From Rebecca billardiae RCC1528 (Eukaryota > Protista > Haptophyta): a DNA stretch of 64,000 bases. Position numbers and translations under genes: made by a program. The notes below the pieces were generated by a model. That model was not told the DNA's origin. It made no database searches and worked only from the letters and a program-made list of their open reading frames with translations. Within the stretch, counting starts at the first letter, position 1. Each line of letters opens with the position of its first letter. Below are positions 9,984 through 18,209 of the stretch, piece by piece. The stretch spans positions 496,001-560,000 of the forward strand of contig OZ251248.1 of assembly GCA_965240325.2 (NCBI GenBank), given 5' to 3'.

Positions 9984-10316
9984 ATGGAGAATAAAAAGAC
10001 ACGCAGCGAGGCGCAGCAGCTGGCGACGGAGCGCATGCGCCTGAAACGCCAGGTAGTGACCTATGAGACACATGCGGCCACATACACCAAGCTGGCAGAG
10101 GATGCGAAAGCCAAGCTCGAAGAAATCGGCGGCGAGGTCGGGCCAAAAGCACCCACACCCAGGCGCCCGCCAAGCAAGACGCCGCCGAGCATTGTCAGGC
10201 AGCCGGTCGAATCGATCGAGCTGGCAGGCGAGGAAGAGGCGACCCCGGAGGCGGTGACCCCGGAGGCGGTAGCCCCGGTCAAGCCATCCCAAAAAAGAAT
10301 CATGCGCTTTATATGA
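9984..10316 (+). CDS. Hypothetical PLV protein (coiled coil plus Pro/Glu-rich tail)
   Basis: 110-aa ORF whose stop overlaps the ATPase start (ATGA). Confidence 0.6.
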   Translation: MENKKTRSEAQQLATERMRLKRQVVTYETHAATYTKLAEDAKAKLEEIGGEVGPKAPTPRRPPSKTPPSIVRQPVESIELAGEEEATPEAVTPEAVAPVKPSQKRIMRFI

Positions 10317-11002
10317 TCAACGAGATCGCGCACCACATAGAGCTCCCGCTGCCTAGAATTAGTGCCGACAAGCCTCTAAAGCCAGGCCTACCAGAACCAC
10401 TCCCTAACACGAGTTTTCATTGGGGCATCTTTGGCCCACCACGCAGCGGCAAATCCAGCCAGGTAGTGGGCCTGATCACTGGCCCCTATAAACGAGTCTT
10501 TGCCAACGTAATCTTCGTGGCTCCTCGCACCTCGGTGGACAGCTTCCAAAATTCCCCGCTAGCCACGCTTCAATATGTATACCACGAGCTGACGGCAGAG
10601 ACACTTCAGAATGTGCTCAGCATTGCCGAGTCGAATATGCCTTTGCCGACCCTCCTTATTATAGATGATTTTGCTGCGTCACTAAAAGACCCAAATTTGC
10701 AGCGCCTGTATTCGCGTATCGTTCAGAACAGGCGACACTACAAACTCAGTATCATTGTTATATCACAGGGTTACATATCGGTGCCGCTGACTATACGAAA
10801 ATTATTCTCGCATGTGACCGTGTTCAAGCCCAACAATACCAAGGAGCTAGAGGCTCTGCGCTCTGAATTGATCATGATGCCTCGCTCAGACTTTGCTACA
10901 GTGTATCAGTACATTTTTGGCGATGGCGATCCGCACACTTTTTTATTTCTTAATGCAGACCATGGTGCGCTCCACAGAGAGTGGAATAAATTATTACTAT
11001 GA
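10313..11002 (+). CDS. A32/FtsK-HerA-like genome packaging ATPase
   Basis: Walker A GPPRSGKS, Walker B LLIIDD, A32-type motif NRRHYKLSIIVISQ, then VPLTIR. Confidence 0.95.
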   Translation: MINEIAHHIELPLPRISADKPLKPGLPEPLPNTSFHWGIFGPPRSGKSSQVVGLITGPYKRVFANVIFVAPRTSVDSFQNSPLATLQYVYHELTAETLQNVLSIAESNMPLPTLLIIDDFAASLKDPNLQRLYSRIVQNRRHYKLSIIVISQGYISVPLTIRKLFSHVTVFKPNNTKELEALRSELIMMPRSDFATVYQYIFGDGDPHTFLFLNADHGALHREWNKLLL

Positions 11003-11008
11003 TTATAG

Positions 11009-11926
11009 ATGCAGGCCATACATCGCGAGCGATTCCTGCCGACCAAGACCACGCACTTTCGCCTCGAGGGCAAACCCTACGGCGGCTCCTTTCACAGCCG
11101 CGGAAAAGAATACTGGAGCGGAGCCGTGCCTACGCCGTCTTCGAGACGATTGACGTATTCGGCCGAGCCGATTGTGATGAAGCCACTAATCAAGCCAACG
11201 CGACCGCCGCCCACCAACCAGACGGCTGCAGTGGGCAGGCGAGTGCCTTCCATCGATGCGCTGCTACCCTTTAGCGATGGTGTGAACGAATTTCGGGCTC
11301 GGCAGATTCGCCTGCCTACACGCGATGCGTCTGGCCAAGCAATGAGCAGGCTGATAGTCAACAAGCAGCCTCTGCCTGTCTCTACAAGTGCCGTGCCAGA
11401 GCGGCGATCGATTGGTATTGGGACAGACAGAGTCGCTCGGGGCCTGCGGCCAGAGCAGCACTCTACAGGTACTCAGGCGAGCACCAAGAGACGGTCGATT
11501 GCTACTCAGGAGATGCCTCCTCCGGCTGAACGCCCGGCGATTGGCACGCAGGCTGGTGGCCCAAAGAGGCGTTCAACTGGTACTCAGGGGATGCCAGAGC
11601 GCCCGGCGATTGGCACGCAGGCTGGTCCGAAGAGACGCTCCATGGGGACACAGGAGCAGCCATCCCAGCAGACGGCTGGCACCCAGGCCTCAAAACCGCT
11701 CTTCGGAAATGAAGCCAGAGACCACCTTGACGACAACATCGATGCCATCATACTCATGATGCAGGCCAACCCGAAAGAATCGCGCACAGCTCTGAGCAAA
11801 ATGCTGGCCAGAGATTTTAACGTCTCTGAAAATGCGGCGAAGGCATTCCTCAAGGTCATTCCTTACGATCCCACACCTCGGTTCTCGTCGCCGTCGTCAT
11901 CGTTCAGCCCGTCGAGCAAGCTGTGA
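11009..11926 (+). CDS. Largely disordered PLV protein with tandem (G/A)TQx motifs
   Basis: 305-aa ORF with seven xTQx motifs plus RRSIGIGTD between 11402 and 11692; small folded-looking N- and C-terminal segments. Confidence 0.75.
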   Translation: MQAIHRERFLPTKTTHFRLEGKPYGGSFHSRGKEYWSGAVPTPSSRRLTYSAEPIVMKPLIKPTRPPPTNQTAAVGRRVPSIDALLPFSDGVNEFRARQIRLPTRDASGQAMSRLIVNKQPLPVSTSAVPERRSIGIGTDRVARGLRPEQHSTGTQASTKRRSIATQEMPPPAERPAIGTQAGGPKRRSTGTQGMPERPAIGTQAGPKRRSMGTQEQPSQQTAGTQASKPLFGNEARDHLDDNIDAIILMMQANPKESRTALSKMLARDFNVSENAAKAFLKVIPYDPTPRFSSPSSSFSPSSKL

Positions 11927-14900
11927 CGAACTCGTTCATTATTCGGTTGGCCCATTTGAGGCTCACGTCGTAGCCAGACTCGTCGACCATGATTTGCGCT
12001 GCCTTCCTTGCTGTGAGCGTGTCCCAATCATGCGTCCGAATAATTCGCTCAAAGTGTCTCCTTGGATCGAGCTTGTAGTGGCCCAGCGATAGGATCTCCA
12101 GCCCGTTCGCAGCCACGACACCCTTGTTGTACGAGTTTCGGAGGGCCACCTTCTCTTGGCGTTCCATCCTCACCACGTTCGAGCGCGCCGCAATCTGGTA
12201 GTAGTCCACGTGTGTCTCCCTCTCGCGGAGGACGATATCGCGATAGTGACCATGTTGCAGTGCTTTCGTCACCACTTTGTATGGCACGCCCTTGTTCTTG
12301 CGCAGTTCTTTCTTTGTCGATCTGACCGAGTAACATTTCGGCGCGTTGCACACCACCTCGCAAATGCGGTCGTTGGCGAACTCGTCCTTGAAGTAGCCGA
12401 CCACTTTCTGGTTCGAGGCATCATGCATCGGGTTGCGCTTGTGGTAGCCATGCATATCAAGCCAGCGCGGCGCGAGCTCTTTCATCTTGTGCTTGTAATT
12501 CTTGTCGTTCACCGAGAAGATGAAGGAATCGGTATCGGTCATGCAGAGCTGGATGTTTGGAAGCGCCGGCTTGAGGCCATCGTACCAAAAGGTCTGCATG
12601 AGCAGCTTCGAGCTCTCAAGGATGAGCGCGCCCAATTGAACAGGAGTAGTCTTGAGGTAGCGCTTCTTGTCACCAGAGACGAGAAAGAGCGAGCCGCCGA
12701 TATGCCTCGAGTACCGGCTGCGCGGGTCGAGGAAGCGCTTCTCCATCACACTCCCAGAGACGATGCCGGCATCCTGGTGGTGCAGCGTGCGCTCCATGGT
12801 TTTTCCAAAGCACGAGTTCGGGCCTAGTTTGAAGAAATTCTTCTCAAAGTCGTTTCTCGCCCGGGCGCGCAGCGCAGCCATCTGGTCGACATAGCCGCGC
12901 ATCCACGGTGCTAGATGCATCTCTAGCACGCGATGGACCTTTGTCACGACAAAGCCGAGCTCGACTGCCTTCTGCAGATTCAGCACACTGCACACATAGT
13001 TGACACGTGGGTCGAGGTGCGCGATGAGCTTGCCGTCACGGTGTTCGGGCAGCGGGACAAAATCGTTGAGGTGCTGGTGCGTGTGCTCCGGGAAGTAGCC
13101 ATCGATCTCCACATACGCTCCGATGTCTCCTTGGAAATCGAGGTCGCCGGGGTCACTCGGTAGCCGCCCATACCGGGGGTCGTGCAGGTCAAAGTCCTCG
13201 GGCTCAACATCCCAGGGCGCGCCTACTGGCATCTTGAGCTTCATCGCCCAGCCGTACAAGTTGTTCGCGTCAAAGTAGCCGATGTGCACGCCTCCTCCTG
13301 CCGTCTGCAGCTTGTGGCGCACATCTGTGTAGCCGCCTCGAATGCACTTGGAAGCAAAATCCACGTCTCGCGAGTCTTGCCAGAGCTCGATCTTTTGCCC
13401 CGTGGTCTTGAGCATCGTCTTGAAGAAGGATTGCGGCGCCGAGAGAAACCAGCTCGGGTCCAGGCCAAAGTTGGTGTGAAAGAGGTGCTGGAAGTTGGTG
13501 AAGACGTCTGCCTGCCCGTGAACGTCGATAGCGAGGTACCAGTCGAGGAGGTCTCTCATCGTCTCCAGCCCGACCGCCGACTTGAGTTGCACGAGCTTGA
13601 CGATCGCCTCATCCTCGCCCGCCTCAAAGTGTTGGTCCTGGCCTGCGATACCGAAGCTCGATTTAAGCTTGGACAAGAAGAGGTCGGGGTATTTTTCGAT
13701 GAGCGTGTCGATGGGCGTATCCAGCTCGAGGTGCCACGGAATCTCGTAGGGGAAAATGCCCTTGCGCCGCGCGGCCTCGAATACGATTTCTGGGTCGAGT
13801 CCTCGGGCCCGCGCCCAATCGCTGGCAAACGAGCGCAAGTTCCGCATGTCCGCGGGGTCCAGGTTGTCTAGGAGCGTCTCCAGCGATTCTTTCATAAAGG
13901 CCATCGTGTCCTTGAAACAAAAGCCGCCGATAGTCAGCTGCTTGAGTCGCTGCGTGTTCTGGAGAATGATGTCGGTTTTGAGCGCTTTGGTGAGGCGCGT
14001 GCTCGCGAGCTCGCGCTCGAGGCTGGTGATTTGCGCAGTGTCATAGTTGTCTCCTCTTATTGCGCACGAGACGAGAAGCGCCTCCTGCGCCTCGATCCTT
14101 TTCTTGAGGATCTCCGTTTTGCGGTTCTGCTTTATCCTGGCCATCTCGTTCATCAGCCCTTGCACCCGCTCGGAGCCGAGGGCCTGGATCAGGAAATTGG
14201 CGTCAAAGCCGGTGAGGTTGTGAAAGAATACTGGTACGCTCGCCATGAGATTCGTCGTGGATGCATGCAGGTTGCACTTTGTGCAAGCAGCACCGCGATA
14301 TGCGCCAGTGTAGTGGTCATGGTCGAAATTTTTGGTCTCGCCGAATTCGCCGTCGCAGAGGTAGCAGCAGGTGGCACTATCGAAAGCCTGCCTTGTCTCG
14401 AGAGGGAAGGAGCGCTTCTTGAGCGCAGAGTGCCTGCTGGCAGTATCCAGGTAGCTCGGGTATGTCTCCAGCAGGTAGACCACCAGATCGATATGGCACT
14501 CAGGCCCGGTGAAGGTCACGTACTTGATGGCTCCGTCGCTCCAGGTCTCAATGAGGCCGACGGCATATGGCCTCATCTCACCGTCGATTGTCACGGTCTC
14601 GAAATCGGCGTGGATCACCAGCGGCTTGACGATCTGCTCGATGCCTCCCGTGTACTCGATAGAGGTCTGGTAATCTTTGCCGGCCGCAGCCTCGCGAGGC
14701 GTCATGTAGCTGGCTAATTTTTGCTCCTCAGTCTGAGCATCGTAATTCACTGTCCACGAGTCATGGCACGTCTCCTGATGCTCATCTCGCTTGGCGCGAG
14801 CGTTGAAGGGGAACTTTTTGAGACACAGCTCGCAGTAGATATAGGTGGTATTTGCGCAAATGGCATCGGCGGAGCGGCAGAAGACCCAGTGCTCCTTGTA

Positions 14901-16178
14901 GAGCCCGAGGGTCACCCGAGGCAGGTTGTGGAAATCCTGCGGCGTCGGCAGTCGCATCACCTGCGCCTGCCCACCGTCCTCGGGGAGGCGATAGGCTGTG
15001 ATGGCCAGGTTGTTGGCGACCTCCCATGCGCGGATCTCGCCGATGTCCACAGGGTAGACAGCACCCTCGGGCTCGGTCACGAGGAACTTCCGGTGGACGC
15101 TCGGCCGCTCGGGGTGGGCAACGCCGCTCTCCACAGCCTTTGCTGCCTGCAGCGCGGCCATGAAGCACTTGAGGTCTTGGTTCTTGGGGTTGACGATGCC
15201 CATCTTGGCGTTCGCCCACCGCCCTTCGAGCTTCACGTAGCTGCTCCCGGATGTCGCTCCGCGAGGCGTCACCATGCCGCTGGTTATCCACATCCGGCTG
15301 AGGGCGATTGGCTTGTCTGCGTAGATTGACTGCCGCTGCTCGAAGGCGTCTGTGATCATCTCGTTGACGAGATCGATGAGCGGCTGCGGCTCCTGCTGCC
15401 AAACTGCTTTGCCGGCAATGGAGCGACTTGACTTCGAGATGGTGGGGTGCCCTCGTTCGATCATGCGGCGGTAGGCGTCCTCGGGCAGGCCCGGCATCTC
15501 GACCGCAAAGACACCCTTGGTGCTCTTCACATGCAGCGTCTCGATGATGACCCTCACCTTGAGCCGACTCGATGCTCCGCGCATCAGCTCCTTCTCGATC
15601 GTCTCAGCGACAAAGTCGTGGATTGCGCTTGTCAGATGCGACGGCATCTGGTAGAGCGCTTGCTCTCGCATGAGCAGAGGCGCCGTCGCCTCCACCTGCA
15701 TCGAGATTGGCATGGTGAAGGTCGTCTCCTTGGTGATCTCCGGCCCATGCACAGCCACCCTGGTCATGCCATCATTCAGCATCTTGGCGGTGAAGCCGAT
15801 CTGCTTGCGCAGCTTCCTCATGCCCTCCGATGTGCGAGGTAGTCGCCTCTTGCGCCCTTGGAGCATGAACTGCCCGCCGTCTTGGAGCTCGATGCCCATC
15901 GCCTTCAGCTCTGTCTCCATAGGCTGGTGCTTCTCAAGCCTCTCGAGCGTGCGGCGTAGCTGGTCCCAGCTCTTGCGCGTTCTGGGCATGCGCTTTCGCT
16001 TGCCCTGCAGCACGAAGGTCTTGCCATCGACGTTTGGCGTCAGGTTGAACTCGGCAAAGAGCCTCTCGAGACGGTCTCGGTCGAGCTCGTGGCGCGCGGC
16101 GGCATGCCGCCTCATGGACAGGTTGGGGTCGAGGAGATCCTGCTCGAGTCGGTTGCGGACGAGGTCGAGGAGGACCAT
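11904..16178 (-). CDS. polB: Protein-primed family B DNA polymerase (pPolB), ~1424 aa, with vOTU-like, EndoVII-like Zn and DEK-C-like modules
   Basis: ExoI IHADFET, ExoII FHNLTGFDANF, ExoIII YLAIDV, Pol A YFDANNLYGWAM, Pol B KLGPNSCFGKT, Pol C MTDTDS, GYFKDE, KNKGV, and Polinton-typical CYLC...DHDHYTGAYRGAACTKCNL. First ATG at 16178. Confidence 0.97.
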   Translation of the reverse strand: MVLLDLVRNRLEQDLLDPNLSMRRHAAARHELDRDRLERLFAEFNLTPNVDGKTFVLQGKRKRMPRTRKSWDQLRRTLERLEKHQPMETELKAMGIELQDGGQFMLQGRKRRLPRTSEGMRKLRKQIGFTAKMLNDGMTRVAVHGPEITKETTFTMPISMQVEATAPLLMREQALYQMPSHLTSAIHDFVAETIEKELMRGASSRLKVRVIIETLHVKSTKGVFAVEMPGLPEDAYRRMIERGHPTISKSSRSIAGKAVWQQEPQPLIDLVNEMITDAFEQRQSIYADKPIALSRMWITSGMVTPRGATSGSSYVKLEGRWANAKMGIVNPKNQDLKCFMAALQAAKAVESGVAHPERPSVHRKFLVTEPEGAVYPVDIGEIRAWEVANNLAITAYRLPEDGGQAQVMRLPTPQDFHNLPRVTLGLYKEHWVFCRSADAICANTTYIYCELCLKKFPFNARAKRDEHQETCHDSWTVNYDAQTEEQKLASYMTPREAAAGKDYQTSIEYTGGIEQIVKPLVIHADFETVTIDGEMRPYAVGLIETWSDGAIKYVTFTGPECHIDLVVYLLETYPSYLDTASRHSALKKRSFPLETRQAFDSATCCYLCDGEFGETKNFDHDHYTGAYRGAACTKCNLHASTTNLMASVPVFFHNLTGFDANFLIQALGSERVQGLMNEMARIKQNRKTEILKKRIEAQEALLVSCAIRGDNYDTAQITSLERELASTRLTKALKTDIILQNTQRLKQLTIGGFCFKDTMAFMKESLETLLDNLDPADMRNLRSFASDWARARGLDPEIVFEAARRKGIFPYEIPWHLELDTPIDTLIEKYPDLFLSKLKSSFGIAGQDQHFEAGEDEAIVKLVQLKSAVGLETMRDLLDWYLAIDVHGQADVFTNFQHLFHTNFGLDPSWFLSAPQSFFKTMLKTTGQKIELWQDSRDVDFASKCIRGGYTDVRHKLQTAGGGVHIGYFDANNLYGWAMKLKMPVGAPWDVEPEDFDLHDPRYGRLPSDPGDLDFQGDIGAYVEIDGYFPEHTHQHLNDFVPLPEHRDGKLIAHLDPRVNYVCSVLNLQKAVELGFVVTKVHRVLEMHLAPWMRGYVDQMAALRARARNDFEKNFFKLGPNSCFGKTMERTLHHQDAGIVSGSVMEKRFLDPRSRYSRHIGGSLFLVSGDKKRYLKTTPVQLGALILESSKLLMQTFWYDGLKPALPNIQLCMTDTDSFIFSVNDKNYKHKMKELAPRWLDMHGYHKRNPMHDASNQKVVGYFKDEFANDRICEVVCNAPKCYSVRSTKKELRKNKGVPYKVVTKALQHGHYRDIVLRERETHVDYYQIAARSNVVRMERQEKVALRNSYNKGVVAANGLEILSLGHYKLDPRRHFERIIRTHDWDTLTARKAAQIMVDESGYDVSLKWANRIMNEFVTACSTG

Positions 16179-16382
16179 TTTACTCTGGCGCAGAAAATTT
16201 TCGTCGAAAACTAACGCACTTTGGTCCGCCGCTGGCTCGGCCCCCAAGTCCTAAGTTTTTTCCGCGGATGGCGGGTCGGCGGCTGAGGGTCGGCGGCGGC
16301 CGCCCGGGATGCCGACATCGTCGCGCGAGCTCGGCCCAAGTCTTAAGTGCGGATCGAAATATGTTTTGGGGATGGTCGGCCT

Positions 16383-16690
16383 CTCTAAAGTTGAGACCCG
16401 AAGCTTCGCCGGCATGGTCGCCTTTTTTTACTGGTGGGGGCGCTGGTCTGTCCTGGTGGAAAAACCTGGCGGAGTGCTCGAAGTGGCCTCTAAAGTTGAG
16501 ACCCGAAGCTTCGCCGGTAAAATCATGGTCGCCTCGCGAGTTTTTACTGGCGGGGCGCTGGTCTGTCCTGGTGGAAAAACCTGGCGGAGTGCTCGAAGTG
16601 GCCTCTAAAGTTGAGACCCGAAGCTTCACCGGTAAAATCATGGTCGCCTCGCGAGTTTTTACTGGCGGGGCTCTGGTCTGTCCTGGTGAA
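16383..16690. repeat. Subterminal tandem repeat (~2.8 copies of 105-115 bp) upstream of pPolB
   Basis: CTCTAAAGTTGAGACCCGAAGCTTC starts at 16383, 16488 and 16603. Confidence 0.92.
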
Positions 16691-16802
16691 AAGCGAGATC
16701 CGGAAAGCTTCGGCCTTGGATCACTGGTAGTTCTTGGCCGGCTCGCAAGCTTCGGCCTTGGAACTGAGCTTCGGCGGCCGCCCTCGGTTTGTCTTGGCGG
16801 GA

Positions 16803-17047
16803 TCGTAGCGCGCAGTGTATCGAAGTGGCGTCTAAATTTTCGCTTGTGAAAGCATGGTTTTCAGCGCGAAAATCACCGGCATTTGCCAGTCTCGTTTCGG
16901 GTGGCAAACACCGGTGATTTCGGAGGGGCGGGAGGGATGGAGGGTGTGCGCGGATGCGCGAAAATGACCTGCGAGTGCCGGCCATTTTGTGACGGCGCGG
17001 CGGCCGGGGGTAAACTGTCCTGGTGAGTAGGTAATACCTTCTCTCTC
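16803..17047 (-). repeat. Right terminal inverted repeat (245 bp) of the PLV
   Basis: Reverse complement of 3204-3448; ends ...GGTAATACCTTCTCTCTC. Confidence 0.96.
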
Positions 17048-17480
17048 TAACCGAATGTGTCGGGAGGCTGGAAGGTGATGCGTCGCAGTGTCGTGACAGC
17101 CAAGGCCAAGGGCCTCCATCGTCTACCTGATCCTGCAGGTAGTTGCTTCGTGCTGGTACGGCGCTCGAGATCATATCCAAGATCATCTGCAGTCATCCGA
17201 GTGGCAGCTTTCCAGTTCATCAAGCAACTAACCAGTCGAGCTCACACAAATCGGCACTTTACGACCTTTCGCGCCGAGCTCACAAGCTGCTCATCAGTTA
17301 CTGCCAGTCGGCCCCTTGCCTCATCATCAGCAAACGAGGCCCCATCTCCTTCGCCGTCGCGTGCTTCTTTGCTCGTGCTCGCTCGCTCGTCGCTCAACCC
17401 GCCATCCGCCCCTGCAGCCTCCGTTGTGGTTGACGAGCTTGCTGTTGTCAGGCCTGTGAGTGCTATGCTCGCCTGAGCCA

Positions 17481-17633
17481 GGGACCTTGCTGCCACACGC
17501 TGGCGCAGTCTGCGCGCAGCTTTGGCACCGTCGGCTCAGTCGCTCTTCCCGTCATCCAGGGACAAATCCCCACCTCACACAAGTATATATACACATCGAT
17601 TGGCGCCGCTTCAATCTTTGTGCAGGAGGACAC
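17481..17633 (+). repeat. 153-bp direct repeat, copy 2 (right of the PLV)
   Basis: Matches 3030-3182 and is followed immediately by a (TA)n/(TAA)n tract. Confidence 0.95.
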
Positions 17634-17730
17634 TATATATATATCTGACGATATAATAATTATGTATAATATATATATAATTATAATAATAATAATGATA
17701 ATAATAATCGATGCTATGACGATGATGATA
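17634..17730. repeat. AT-rich simple-sequence island
   Basis: TATATATATAT...ATAATAATAATGATAATAATAAT in a GC-rich background. Confidence 0.8.
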
Positions 17731-18209
17731 CGGCGCAGCGCCGAGCGCGCACTATGTCTGCTATTAATATCGATCGGACCTGATGATCGGAGTGATTGAT
17801 GCGTGCTGCGCGCTATATAGCTATAGCACTTATTCGGACAATCAATCGTCAGTCACACCGTGCCGCAGTGATGAGTCACACTCCGCGCGCACGCCACACC
17901 CCCGCACATGCAGCCGCTAGCGGCGCCGCCGGCGGTCACTCTGCGCTGATGCGCAGAATGCAATAACAGTATATGGGGGTAACAGTAGTCGTGCACTCAT
18001 TCCTCGACCTCATCAGGCGGTGAATCGCGCATAGGATCATCGTCAGCAGCGCAGCATACGGGCCGCCGCCGGCCGGGCGGCACCGTCCGGCGGACAGGCG
18101 GACCGAGCCAGCGAGGGGTACGCGCAGAGTCGTCATCTCTCTGGCGGTGGCCGCGTGAGCCGTACCGGCGGTACTGGAACAGCAGCGGCGGCGGCGGCGG
18201 CGGCGGCGC

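Larger units (their letters stand above)
3204..17047. mobile_element. Endogenous Polinton-like virus (Maverick/Polinton-related), 13,844 bp, apparently intact
   Basis: 245-bp TIRs ending in (AG)n/(CT)n. Carries pPolB, A32 ATPase, MCP, mCP and a lipase. Genes are compact and intronless, and GC is visibly lower than in the host genes. Confidence 0.95.

Noticed and set aside
14270-14380. EndoVII/HNH-like segment in pPolB as an intein or mobile endonuclease
   Set aside because: No intein splice motifs; this Zn module is a usual part of Polinton-type pPolBs.
17048-17480. Possible transposase or integrase remnant beside the right TIR
   Set aside because: Only short ORFs with no catalytic motif that I can identify.
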